64,000 nucleotides of DNA from assembly GCA_963705255.1 (NCBI GenBank), contig OY970061.1, positions 1,888,001 to 1,952,000 on the forward strand, given 5' to 3'. Source of the DNA: an uncultured Methanoregulaceae archaeon (GTDB lineage: Archaea > Halobacteriota > Methanomicrobia > Methanomicrobiales > Methanospirillaceae). This document shows positions 44,922 through 54,962 of the stretch, one piece after another. A model generated the notes under the pieces. That model ran no database searches. It was not told where the DNA came from and saw only the letters and a list, made by a program, of their open reading frames with translations. The number at the start of each line of letters is the position of its first letter. The first letter of the stretch is position 1. The position numbers were made by a program, and so were the translations under genes.

Positions 44922-45280
44922 CAGGTAACCACCGCTTCCCGGTCAGTTCCCGAAGGCGAGAGTTCATTTTTCAGGTATATCGCATCGGCCGGGCAATGGC
45001 GCTCGCAGAGCGCACACCGTATGCATTTGAAAACCTCTATCTGCGGCCTTTTTTTACGCACCAGCTTCTTGCCCTTGAACTCAACTTCGCGCTGGTCCGG
45101 CACCATGGTGACGGCATGTGACGGACACACGAGAGAGCACATGGAACATCCTATGCACTTTTCGTCGAGGACTGCAACCCTTCCCCGGAATCCCTGCGGG
45201 ACCGGGACCTTCTCTTTCGGGTACAGGATCGTGACGGGCCTGGATACGAGATTGTGCAACATCTCGGAAAGGACGCTCAT
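44921..45280 (-). CDS. 2x[4Fe-4S] subunit (NuoI-like) of group 4 hydrogenase
   Basis: TILYP, FRGR, CIGCSMCSLVCP and CIRCALCERHCP. Confidence 0.9.
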   Translation of the reverse strand: MSVLSEMLHNLVSRPVTILYPKEKVPVPQGFRGRVAVLDEKCIGCSMCSLVCPSHAVTMVPDQREVEFKGKKLVRKKRPQIEVFKCIRCALCERHCPADAIYLKNELSPSGTDREAVVT

Positions 45281-46251
45281 GCACCCACCCGGATGGAGTT
45301 CATCACAAGCACAACCGCGACCTGCACGAGCGCGGCGCTGGCGATATATTTCCAGCCGATGGTGTTCAGCTGATCTATGCGTATACGGCCTGTAGCAACT
45401 TTTACCGAAGAAAGGATCAGGAGCACGACAAGAGTTTTTGCAAGGAAGAGGAAAAAGCCGCAAATCCAGCCGAGCCATACCGGCGCGATGGTCCATGGGA
45501 TCGTCGGGCCGCCGAGGAATAGTGCCGCGATGAGTGCGCACCCGGTAACACAGGAGACATCGGAGGCAAGGTGCATGAGGGCGAGCCTGCGCCCGGTCAG
45601 CTCTGTCCACGGGCCTGCGACAAGCTCGGTCTCCGCTTCCGGGATATCGAAGGGGGTCCTTTCCAGCTTTGCCTGGAGTCCTATCAGTGCAACGACAAAT
45701 CCTATCGGCTGGAGAACCATAAACCACAGGTGATCCTGCTGCCAGCTCACGATCTCCGAGATCGACCAGGTCCCTGCCATCAGGGCGGGGGTAAGGAGCG
45801 CAAGGAAGAACGGCACCTCGTAGATGAACATCTGGGTTACCGCACGGATCCCCCCTATTGCGGAGTAAATGTTCCGGCTCAGCCAGCCCATGACAAAGAG
45901 GATGATGGTCGGAAGTGCCATGAGATAGAGAACGAGGACCAGATCCCCCTGGAATGCAAGCGGGCTCGCGCTCACGACCGGGATGTAGAGAAATGCGGTC
46001 ATGACCGCGGCCAGAGCGATCACCGGCGCTGCATCAAATACCGGCCTGTCAACACCCTGCGGATCGATGACCTCCTTTCCCAGCATCTTGACAAAATCCG
46101 CGAATGGCTGGAACAGGGGCGGCCCGACCCGGTGCTGCATCCGGGCCGCGATCCTGCGGTCCAGAAATTCAAAGAGCATGGCATATGCCAGCAGGAACAA
46201 AAACCCAGGAAAGAGGAAAATATACCCTATGATGAGGAGGGGATCGGTCAT
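45277..46251 (-). CDS. Membrane subunit (NuoH-like) of group 4 hydrogenase
   Basis: RRIAARMQHRVGPP, QPFADFVK and RTPFDIPEAETELVAG. Confidence 0.92.
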   Translation of the reverse strand: MTDPLLIIGYIFLFPGFLFLLAYAMLFEFLDRRIAARMQHRVGPPLFQPFADFVKMLGKEVIDPQGVDRPVFDAAPVIALAAVMTAFLYIPVVSASPLAFQGDLVLVLYLMALPTIILFVMGWLSRNIYSAIGGIRAVTQMFIYEVPFFLALLTPALMAGTWSISEIVSWQQDHLWFMVLQPIGFVVALIGLQAKLERTPFDIPEAETELVAGPWTELTGRRLALMHLASDVSCVTGCALIAALFLGGPTIPWTIAPVWLGWICGFFLFLAKTLVVLLILSSVKVATGRIRIDQLNTIGWKYIASAALVQVAVVLVMNSIRVGA

Positions 46252-47429
46252 GCCCTCTCCTGTCGCCGGTTGCGAAGACAACTCCGTCTCCTGAGCTCAT
46301 CCCAGGTCACGATACCGGCATTTCCGTCTCCTTTGTCCACAATGGTAATCCTCGACGTGCACGACAGGCAGGGGTCGATCGCCGCAACAATGACGGGTAT
46401 GTCCGCCAGGTTCTGGTTGACCAGGCACGCAGCGACCGAGGTCCAGTTCGCCAGCGTCGGCGTCCGGATGTCGACCCTTTCGACCCGGTCCGTCCCGTTC
46501 GTGCGGATGAAATGCACGAGTTCCCCCCGGGGGGCCTCGTACCGGGAAAGGATTTCCCCTCCGGGCGCCGTCTTTGGCGGGTTGATACGGATCGGGCCTT
46601 CGGGGAGATGTTCGAGACAGGCCCGGACGATCTTCAGGCTCTCCGCAAGTTCGCCGATGCGGACGCAGGTGCGCCCATAGACGTCCCCGGACGTATCCGT
46701 CACCACGTTCCAGGGCACGTCTGCATACACCAGGTAGGGGTCGTCCCTGCGGATGTCATAATCGACACCGCTTGCACGTGCTGTGGGGCCGACCGCGCCA
46801 TATTTCAGGACTTCCTCTCTGGTAAGTTTCCCGATACCCCGGAAACGGAGCAGCATCGTCTCCTGGTTCTGTACCATGTCCACGTACTTGGTTATCCGCT
46901 CTTCGAGGTTGGGCAGGCGCTGTAGGGCCGCATTTACCTGTAAGGGCGTCAGGTCACGGCGTACGCCCCCCACTTCGTTCATGCCATAATGGACGCGGTT
47001 CCCCGACATCTCCTCGAGCGTGTCCTGAACCGCCTCGCGATCGCGCCAGGTCCACATGAAGAGCGTATTGAACCCGATCTCGTGCGCAGCGACACCCAGC
47101 CAGAGGAGGTGGCTGTGCATCCGTTCCAGCTCCCCGATGATCGTGCGGATATACTGGGCCCTGGGAGGGATCGTGAGCTGCATCAGCTCCTCGACTCCCT
47201 TGGCAAAAGCCGTTGAGTGCGAGTGGGAGCAGATGCCGCAGACCCGTTCCAGAAGGGGGAGCGCCCGGATGAAGGTGCGCTGTTCGGCTGCCTTTTCGAT
47301 ACCGCGGTGGGTGTAGGATATGTCGAGTTCGAGACGGACGATCTTCTCGCCGTCGGCTATCACCCGGAAATTCACCGGTTCTTTCAGGGCGGGATGCTGG
47401 GGGCCGATGGGCACGATCACTTCCGGCAT
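46248..47429 (-). CDS. Group 4 [NiFe]-hydrogenase large subunit
   Basis: GPQHP, HRGIE, L1 ERVCGIC and L2 DPCLSCTSR followed by a 33-residue C-terminal extension. Confidence 0.93.
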   Translation of the reverse strand: MPEVIVPIGPQHPALKEPVNFRVIADGEKIVRLELDISYTHRGIEKAAEQRTFIRALPLLERVCGICSHSHSTAFAKGVEELMQLTIPPRAQYIRTIIGELERMHSHLLWLGVAAHEIGFNTLFMWTWRDREAVQDTLEEMSGNRVHYGMNEVGGVRRDLTPLQVNAALQRLPNLEERITKYVDMVQNQETMLLRFRGIGKLTREEVLKYGAVGPTARASGVDYDIRRDDPYLVYADVPWNVVTDTSGDVYGRTCVRIGELAESLKIVRACLEHLPEGPIRINPPKTAPGGEILSRYEAPRGELVHFIRTNGTDRVERVDIRTPTLANWTSVAACLVNQNLADIPVIVAAIDPCLSCTSRITIVDKGDGNAGIVTWDELRRRSCLRNRRQERA

Positions 47430-47909
47430 CTATATCCTCTCCTCCCTGATGCCGCCATAGAACGTATCGGGCCCCGGCTTCCAGTCCTTCCGCAGGGGAT
47501 ACTCATGCTCCGGCCAGTCTTCTCCAAGGATGATCCTCTTCAGGTCAGGATGCCCAGCAAAGACGATACCGAACAGGTCATGGATCTGCCGCTCGTAGAT
47601 ACCCGCCGGGGGCAGGATATCGGACGCTGAACGAATCTCCGGTGCATCGCGGGAGAGTTCCGCGGCAATGGAGATGACCGTGCGGTGAGGGCCGGTCAGA
47701 TGGTAGATCAGTTCCAGCGTCCTGCCATTGTCAGCCGCACTAATCGTTATCAGGCGCTCGCACGCAAGGAATTCCCGGGAGGTTGTTATCGCGTCACGGA
47801 CCCTTTCCGGGGTCGTCGTAATCCTGATCCGGTTTGAGCGGACCTGCTCTGCAGTACCAAATCCCTTCATCGTTTCCATCACAAAATCCAGCGTTAACGG
47901 ACTGGTCAT
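47430..47909 (-). CDS. NuoC-like subunit
   Basis: YERQIHDLFGIVFAGHPDLKRI...YPLRKD. Confidence 0.9.
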   Translation of the reverse strand: MTSPLTLDFVMETMKGFGTAEQVRSNRIRITTTPERVRDAITTSREFLACERLITISAADNGRTLELIYHLTGPHRTVISIAAELSRDAPEIRSASDILPPAGIYERQIHDLFGIVFAGHPDLKRIILGEDWPEHEYPLRKDWKPGPDTFYGGIREERI

Positions 47910-48439
47910 AGCATTGCCTCCACGGAGGGTATCATACCGCCGGGAAACTCGGATCTCTTCTTTTGCCGCCATTCCTTCCCGCCGTGAGCCGCATCCTCCT
48001 GCATGATAGTCAGGCATGTCACGACGGCATTGATGATCTCGTCCGGCCGTGGTGGGCATCCGGCCACGTAGACGTCGACGGGGATGACATCCTCCACGCG
48101 CTGCATGACATGGTACAGGCCGTGGAACACGCCCCCGTCTGCACCGCATGCACCCATGGCGATCACGTATTTCGGTTCGGGTATCTGCTCCCAGACCCGG
48201 CGGAGCCGTGGTGCCTGCTTCAGGGTGACCGGACCGGTGACGATGAGGATATCGGCATGGCGGGGCGAGCCTTTTGAAAGAATCCCGAACCGTTCCACAT
48301 CAAAGCGGGGCATAAGACAGGCGATGATCTCGATATCGCATGCATTGCACCCTCCGCTGTTAAAAATGGTAATCCATGGCGATTTCTGCCGCGCCCAGTT
48401 CACGAGGCGCTGGCTCAGCGAGGCTGCCGGGGCTGCCAT
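47906..48439 (-). CDS. Hydrogenase small subunit (NuoB-like)
   Basis: GGCNACDIE, DVERFG, SPRHAD, GACG and GCPPRP. Confidence 0.93.
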   Translation of the reverse strand: MAAPAASLSQRLVNWARQKSPWITIFNSGGCNACDIEIIACLMPRFDVERFGILSKGSPRHADILIVTGPVTLKQAPRLRRVWEQIPEPKYVIAMGACGADGGVFHGLYHVMQRVEDVIPVDVYVAGCPPRPDEIINAVVTCLTIMQEDAAHGGKEWRQKKRSEFPGGMIPSVEAML

Positions 48440-48569
48440 TGTGTACCATCACCTCCGCCGGCACATATTAACCCGATGATGGGGGCAATACACCGGTTGC
48501 CCGGCGTGATGCCGCTACGGGCTGACGGTTGCCCGTGCGGCGGACCCTGGAACATGCGTCTCTTCCTGC

Positions 48570-48902
48570 TCATTGCTCCCACCTCAGTGCGGTCACGGCA
48601 ACGGCTATTACAAAGAGATATCCCAGCGTCCCCCAGAGCGGCGCATCGGGCGGAGCGATCGCGATGACCAGCGCTGCCACGTGCACGACCGCGAAGAACA
48701 GGGCCACGTAGAAGAACTGGTAGCCAGGCTGGAACGTCTGGGCTTCCGCGATTTCGCCACCGACATAGGGCATCGTCTTGTTGGCAGACGGCCTGAAGGC
48801 CGGCGCGATGGTAGCGGACCACGCATAGATCAGGAAACCCACCGCGAGGGCGAAGGCCAGGACAAGGATCGGCGAGGTCAAGAGATCCAGGGGGGTCATC
48901 AT
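48570..48902 (-). CDS. NuoA-like membrane subunit
   Basis: TM1, K...PYVGGE loop, YQFFYVALFFAVVHV and three TM helices in total. Confidence 0.72.
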   Translation of the reverse strand: MMTPLDLLTSPILVLAFALAVGFLIYAWSATIAPAFRPSANKTMPYVGGEIAEAQTFQPGYQFFYVALFFAVVHVAALVIAIAPPDAPLWGTLGYLFVIAVAVTALRWEQ

Positions 48903-50372
48903 GGCACCCCCCACGTGAAGATCTGCCCGGATGCATGTGAGATCCAGCCATAGAACGGTTCGGGAAAGATCCCGAGGTAGAGCGTGGCTATCGCCAGTAC
49001 TACCACTGCTGCAAGGACACTCAGGGGAATCCCGGGTCTGGTTGCTGCCGGCTGGTCAGTAGGATCTTGTTCACTCCGGGGAAACAGGAGTATTGACAGG
49101 ATCGGGACGTCAGTACCCGAGTGATATGCCGGTGTTGAGTTCGAGGATCAGGCCAAGCACGATCCCTCCCCACATGTATGTGGCGATGCCCGACTGGATA
49201 ACCAGCAGCTTGCCCAGAAAGCCGCAGGTGAATGGCTGTCCGATCAGCCCGAGAATGATCACGGCAAATGCAATGCCCAGAACGGGGTTCCGGGCACCCA
49301 GCCCCTTCATCCGTGCCGTCTCGGAAGACCCGGCACGTTCCGTGAATGCATCGGCTGCGATGAAGGCACCGCTCTTCATCACCCCGTACGCGACGGCATA
49401 GAAAAGACCGGCGGCAAATCCCAGCGGCAGGCTGTACAAGAGACCGATCCCAAACCCCAGCAGGATGTATCCCATCTGGGCCACGCTTGAATAAGCAAGG
49501 ACGCGGCGGAGATCCCGCTGGTTGAGTGCGAGGAGGTTTCCCGCGGTCATCGTGATGACCGCAAAGAATGTCACGACAATACCGACGGTTTTGGGGACCG
49601 TGGCACTGCCTGGCAGAGCAGATAGCGAGAGGAATAACGCGATCAGTACCCCGATCTTCGTTGCCCCAGTCATGATGGCGGTGACACCCACAGGAGCCCG
49701 GCTGTAGGCATCCGGAAGCCACGTGTGCAGCGGAAAGATCGCAAGTTTTACGCCATACCCGATCAGGATGAGGACAGCCGCAAAAATGATGAGCACCTGG
49801 TCCCCGCCGGCAAGGGCGACAGGCAGCGCTGACAGGCTTAAGGTATGCCCCTGGGTATACAGGATAGCCACGCCGAGGAGGGCGGTGATGGTCCCTGCCA
49901 CCCCCTGCGTGAGGTACTTGATGGCAGAGGGAAGTGCCGCCGGGTCTTCCTTGTGCCGGTAGGCGCACAGAGCATACACCGGGATTGCCGAAAGCTCGAC
50001 CGTGACGAAAATGGTAAAGAGATCCCCGGAGAACCCGATCGCCACCGCACCGGTAAGCGCAAGGAGGAAGAGCGGATAATACAGGTGCACCGGTCCTTCC
50101 GGATCGAGACTCCCCTGGGATGCCAGCGCTGCAACGGTGCCGACACCGGTGATGAGGAGCCCCCCCGTAAGGCCGATAAACGGAAGGGTGCCGGGAGAAG
50201 ACCACACCATAATGGAGAGGAGAAGGCAGAATACCGCAAGGAGCCACAGTGCCGTGAGCGCTCCGGTCCAGCGGCGAAGGTGAACGGGAAGAAATTTCGC
50301 GACAGCGTAGACGATGACACCACCTGTTGCGACCATCAGGGGGATGGAAACCGCAATTCCGGCTGGTGTCAC
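48899..50372 (-). CDS. Proton-conducting antiporter-like subunit (NuoN/MrpD-like), +1 frameshift near 49111
   Basis: DLFTIFVTVEL, AIKYL, KLAIFPLHTWLPDAY, LAYSSVAQMG and GFLGK. The C-terminus VPILSILLF...LGIFPEPF...GVP* is in a shifted frame. Confidence 0.85.
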
Positions 50373-53300
50373 CGCCCCACCTCCACGATGACGAGAGCAA
50401 GGGCGGCCACCAGCACGCTCCCGAAGACCGCCAGGTTCCAGTTTATATCGCGGTTTTCCGCTCTCATGGCAGATCTTCCGATGAGGGTAAGGGTATCGGC
50501 AGCATCTTCTGCATAACCGTAACTCGCCCTGAATGCGGCCTGAATCCCCCCGGCACACGCGGTAACGCCGTGCCCGGCGGCCATGTACACGGTGTCAAAA
50601 TCGTTTACATGGATATCGTGTGGCTCAAGCCACCTCTTCCCCACGGTAAAGAAGAAGAGGGCTGCACTCCCCAGGATCAGGAGGGTTCCGCCCAGGAGTA
50701 CCGGATCATATGCCACGTAGGTGGTCGGGTAGGGAAGGATGCCATAAAGGACGGCAGGGTATATCCCGATCACGATGCACAACGCGGCAATTCCGAGCAT
50801 ACCGGCCTGCATGAGAAGCGGAGGATCCGAAGCCTCCGTCTTCCCGGGCCGGAGGAAAGCGAAATATCCCAGCTTGAGGAATGATACGAACGTCCCGAAC
50901 GATGCGATCTCAAGGAGCACCCAGATCCAGATGCTCACATGCTCCGCTGCCATGAGCACCATTCCTTTGGAGACGAACCCGTTGAAGAGCGGGACCCCGG
51001 AGATCGAAAGCGCGGCGATCCAGAATGCAAGGGCGGTCACCGGCATCTTTTTCTGGAGCCCGCCGATGCGGCTGAGCAGGTTCTCCCCGGTCTTCCATAT
51101 TATCACGCCGACTGCCATGAAGAGGAGGGTCTTGTAGAGGATATTGTTGACGAGGTGGGCCATGCCGCCGTCAAGGCCGAGCTGCCCGATCCCGTTTGCT
51201 GCCCCCAGCCATCCCAGGATCCCGATGCCGGCGACCATGTAGCCCACCTGGGAGATGATATGGTACGAGAGGAGACGGCGCATGTCGTTCTGGAAGACCG
51301 CAAAGGTTACGCCATACACTGCCATGAGCGCCCCCATGAACGCGATGTATTCTGTCCCGGGCTGGGCCCGTGCGAGGAGATAAACCGCTGCTTTTGTCGT
51401 ATAAACACTCAAAAAGACGCTCGCGACAAAATTGGCACGCGGGTAGGCATCCGGAAGCCAGGTATGCAGGGGGATGAAGGCCATATTCACGCCAATCCCC
51501 AGCACGATCAGGACTGAGGCCCACACTTGGTAGGTGGCGACCGGGATCCCGGCAAGCGGCCCCACGATGGGAGATCCTCCTCCGACAAAGAGCAGCGCAA
51601 TCCCTGCACCAAGAAGGGCCCCCCCGAGCCCGTGGAACAGGAGGTACCGGAACCCCGCCCCGATCGCTTCCCCGCCTTCCTGCCAGATGAGGAACGTCGA
51701 AGTGACTGCCATCAGCTCCCAGAAGATGAGAAGGGTGATCCAGTCACCTGCAAAGACAACGCCGAGCGAAGCGCCGGCATAGAGGAGCGCGATGAGGTGG
51801 AGGCGGGGTGCTGCGACCACTGCGGCATACAGGATGGCAAAAAACGTGATGGTGGCAAAGATGACTCCCATCAGGTACGAGAGGCTGTCGACTCTCATGA
51901 GGGTCAGGGTATACCCCATGAAGGGAAGGTTCCACTGCATCACACCGGTCGAAAGCGATCCTGTGAAGTACCCTCCGGGAAGGAGGAGAACGTCAACAAG
52001 GGCAATGCCTCCCAGCACGACAAGACAGCCCTGCCGGGCGCGTCCGGACAGCGCGAGGACGAGCGGCGCACCGATCAGGAAGATCAGGAAGGGCGGCACC
52101 ACCGGGCCGAAAGAGAAGGTCGCGGTGACGAGGAGGGCGCTATGGGTCACACTTGCAGCGACCTGTGCGCAGAGCGCAAAGGGGCTGTACGGGACAACAG
52201 TCCAAAGGCCGAGAACGACCACTCCTGCCGCGGTTATCACCACCGGTACGCGGAGCGTCCAGCGGACGGGGGGTGTCTCACCTTCAGAGGGCCGGAAAAA
52301 TGCCCGGATAATGATGGGCAGGAAATAGGCGAGGTTCAGCACGCTCGATGCCACGAGAACGAGGAGTATCCACCAGTCCGCAGCGGTTCCCGCTCCGATC
52401 CCCAGTGAGAGATACCACTTGGCGATAAAGCCCGCCATCAGCGGCAGCCCTACCATGCTCAGGGTCGCGAGGGTGAAAGCAGCGAACTCCCAGGGCATCT
52501 TCCTGCCGATACCGTCGAGCTGCGAGATCTCGGTCTTCCCAGTCTCCACGGATACCGCACCGGCGACAAAGAACATGGTCAGCTTACCGAACGCGTGGGC
52601 AGCAAAGGCGTAGGTCGCCCCGATCACGGCCGCAGCCCGCCCTGCATCGGAAACGCCCGAAATTCCCGGAGGCAGCAGTACCGCGGCACCCAGCACCATG
52701 TAGCTGAGCTGGCTGATGGTGGAGTACGCGAGCCGCAGCTTGAAGTTATCCTGTAGCAGGGCAAGGAGGGAACCGACGATGATCGTGATGACCGCAGCCG
52801 CAATAACGAGATCCTGGAGCCCCAGCCCGGCCATCAGGCCGGGTCCGTACAGGTACAGCATCAGTCTCATGAGCCCGAAGACCCCGGCGTTCACGACGGC
52901 CACGGCATGGAGCAGCCCGCTGACCGGGGTGGGGGCTACCATGGCGTCCGGCAGCCACCCGTGCAGGGGCACGAGTGCCGCCTTCACGCCGAAACCCGAA
53001 AGGAGGAGGATGAAGGCGAGGCGGGCAAACCCGGGGTCGATGGAGGCAATACCGGGAGCGCCTCCGGCAACAAAGTCGAGCGAGTGCGATGTTACAAAGA
53101 GGATCATGGCGCCGCCAACGAACGCGATCCCGCCATTCAGGGTGTAAAAGAGATATTTCCGTCCTGCCGCAAACGCCTCCGGTGTCTCGGTATGCACGAC
53201 CAGAGGATAGGTAGCAATCGTGATGAGCTCGTAGAAGACCAGGAGGGAGAAGAGATTGGAACTGAGCGCGACACCCATGACCGCGCCGATGACGAGAGCA

Positions 53301-53653
53301 AAGCTCGCATAATAGCGGGTCTGGGCATGTTCGTGCACCCCCCGCATATATCCGATGTTATAGACCGTGGTTATGATCCAGAGCAGCGAGGCGATGCTCG
53401 CAAACAGGAGACCCAGTGCATCCGCCGTGAACTGGAGGCCCAGACCGGGAAGTACCTGGAGCGCAGGTGTGGACACGGGCTGTGTCGCAAACGCCGAAGG
53501 GAGGGAGAGGATACAGAAGACGAACGTCAGGATGGCCGAAACGAGAGATGCGGCTTCACGTGCATCCGGATGGTTCCGTAACAGGATTACCGCGCCGGAA
53601 CCGGCAAGAGGGACCGTCACGATGAGCGCGAGCATCCACGGCTGGACGTCCAT
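50369..53653 (-). CDS. Fused tandem antiporter-like subunit (two MrpD/NuoLM-type modules, 1094 aa)
   Basis: Two full motif sets: FYELIT/GRKY/KAALVPLHGWLP/LAYSTISQ/GFIAK and FWELMA/GFRY/PLHTWLPDAY/LSYHIISQ/GFVSK. Confidence 0.88.
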   Translation of the reverse strand: MDVQPWMLALIVTVPLAGSGAVILLRNHPDAREAASLVSAILTFVFCILSLPSAFATQPVSTPALQVLPGLGLQFTADALGLLFASIASLLWIITTVYNIGYMRGVHEHAQTRYYASFALVIGAVMGVALSSNLFSLLVFYELITIATYPLVVHTETPEAFAAGRKYLFYTLNGGIAFVGGAMILFVTSHSLDFVAGGAPGIASIDPGFARLAFILLLSGFGVKAALVPLHGWLPDAMVAPTPVSGLLHAVAVVNAGVFGLMRLMLYLYGPGLMAGLGLQDLVIAAAVITIIVGSLLALLQDNFKLRLAYSTISQLSYMVLGAAVLLPPGISGVSDAGRAAAVIGATYAFAAHAFGKLTMFFVAGAVSVETGKTEISQLDGIGRKMPWEFAAFTLATLSMVGLPLMAGFIAKWYLSLGIGAGTAADWWILLVLVASSVLNLAYFLPIIIRAFFRPSEGETPPVRWTLRVPVVITAAGVVVLGLWTVVPYSPFALCAQVAASVTHSALLVTATFSFGPVVPPFLIFLIGAPLVLALSGRARQGCLVVLGGIALVDVLLLPGGYFTGSLSTGVMQWNLPFMGYTLTLMRVDSLSYLMGVIFATITFFAILYAAVVAAPRLHLIALLYAGASLGVVFAGDWITLLIFWELMAVTSTFLIWQEGGEAIGAGFRYLLFHGLGGALLGAGIALLFVGGGSPIVGPLAGIPVATYQVWASVLIVLGIGVNMAFIPLHTWLPDAYPRANFVASVFLSVYTTKAAVYLLARAQPGTEYIAFMGALMAVYGVTFAVFQNDMRRLLSYHIISQVGYMVAGIGILGWLGAANGIGQLGLDGGMAHLVNNILYKTLLFMAVGVIIWKTGENLLSRIGGLQKKMPVTALAFWIAALSISGVPLFNGFVSKGMVLMAAEHVSIWIWVLLEIASFGTFVSFLKLGYFAFLRPGKTEASDPPLLMQAGMLGIAALCIVIGIYPAVLYGILPYPTTYVAYDPVLLGGTLLILGSAALFFFTVGKRWLEPHDIHVNDFDTVYMAAGHGVTACAGGIQAAFRASYGYAEDAADTLTLIGRSAMRAENRDINWNLAVFGSVLVAALALVIVEVGR

Positions 53654-53976
53654 CAGAGGTCCCCCCCCCGCACGAGCCTTGCAATGGAGGTGCTATCGAA
53701 CGTTTTCCAGGCCCGTTTGAGCAGGATAACCAGCGCGAGAGCAAGGCCGGCAACCACTGCCTCGATGACGATCAGGGTGAAAACGACTGCTTGGGAGACC
53801 CCCGTATCACCGGCGAGGTATCCCCCGAGAATAAAGACGAGACTGACCCCTTTTCCAAGGAATTCGACCCCCATCACCAGCTTGATCAGGTGCGTGCGCG
53901 AGATCAGGGCCGCAAGCCCGGCCGCGAAAAGCGCGCCTGCGCAGACAACAAGGATCAGGGGGCCGCCCGGGATCAC
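53653..53976 (-). CDS. NuoK/MrpC-like small membrane subunit
   Basis: HLIKLVMGVE and QAVVFTLIVIEAVVAGLALAL. Confidence 0.82.
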   Translation of the reverse strand: MIPGGPLILVVCAGALFAAGLAALISRTHLIKLVMGVEFLGKGVSLVFILGGYLAGDTGVSQAVVFTLIVIEAVVAGLALALVILLKRAWKTFDSTSIARLVRGGDL

Positions 53977-54215
53977 GGCGGCATCCCCCGGGATCGATCA
54001 TGGCCGAGGAGCAGAAGGATCGAGAAAACACCTGCCAGGATAAGAAAACCCTGTACAACAACCTCGAACGTACGACCGCTCCACATCGCTCCTCCGGGTC
54101 CTGCTGCCGGAGGGGGGGCGACAGGCCAGGCAGCGGTAGCCGGCAGTACTGCGCTCAGAAAAAGGAGGAGAAAGGCCGCCCCGAGGATGATCGCACCGAC
54201 CGTCTTTGCCCTCAT
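53973..54215 (-). CDS. Small membrane subunit (NuoJ C-half/MrpB-like)
   Basis: TM helix, then MWSGRTFEVVVQGFLILAGVFSILLLL; overlapping start/stop coupling on both sides. Confidence 0.65.
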   Translation of the reverse strand: MRAKTVGAIILGAAFLLLFLSAVLPATAAWPVAPPPAAGPGGAMWSGRTFEVVVQGFLILAGVFSILLLLGHDRSRGMPP

Positions 54216-54475
54216 GCAGGCACCTCTTCCTCTTCCCCGCCGGTAAGTATGAGCACAACCAGGAAGAGGACCGCGACAAGCCCTGCACCGACCGTCAGTT
54301 CCAAGGCTCCGGCGTACGGCGAGGACAGGACGAAGAAGAGCGCCGCAAGACTGGCACTGCTCACCGCATATGCGACAATGGCACGGATGAGGTTTGTCTG
54401 CAGTATGGCAACAGCTGCCATGACGACTGCTGCGATCCCGAGGGCTGCTATAACGAGGAGATCGATGTCAAGCAT
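54212..54475 (-). CDS. DUF4040/NuoJ N-half-like membrane subunit
   Basis: NLIRAIV...LFFVLSSPYAGALELTVGAGL. Confidence 0.78.
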   Translation of the reverse strand: MLDIDLLVIAALGIAAVVMAAVAILQTNLIRAIVAYAVSSASLAALFFVLSSPYAGALELTVGAGLVAVLFLVVLILTGGEEEEVPA

Positions 54476-54962
54476 CGGTAATCACACGCCTTTGACGTGA
54501 TCCCCGGATTGAAAAGGTGGCAGAACTGCTGACATTCCGGCGGTTCATTCCCGGATACCGTGAAAAGCAAAGAACGGAATCTACAACTGACACTGCATGG
54601 ATAGAACAGCAAGGATCTGTCATCTCGGCCTTCCTGATAAGACAGCGAACCCAGACATTCCGGATGCCGAACGCATGGTTACCGTATTGATCTTCTGGTC
54701 AGTTCCCGTTACATGGCTGCGTATTTCCTGATATTGTGCTAAATACGTTCATCTTCCACAAAGGAGAACATAAACCTTTTTAAATTATGCTGGCAGGCTG
54801 TTCCCGGAAACCCCCGCCCCCCGGGAGATGACAGCCTCGACGTAACAGGCTTGCGATGGACAGGAAGAACAATTCAGTTTTGGAGAGGGCCGCGGTAACC
54901 TCAAAAGAGACTTGGTTTTGACCCGGGTACTGACCCGGAATACCGGCAGCAATTCTGCCGTA

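Noticed and set aside
49110-49112. In-frame TGA as selenocysteine or readthrough in the NuoN-like gene
   Set aside because: Homology continues in a different frame, so this is an indel rather than recoding.
54610-54650. SAM-I riboswitch-like CTTATCAGGA on the minus strand
   Set aside because: Only the first few bases match; the remaining core is missing and the gene context is unrelated.
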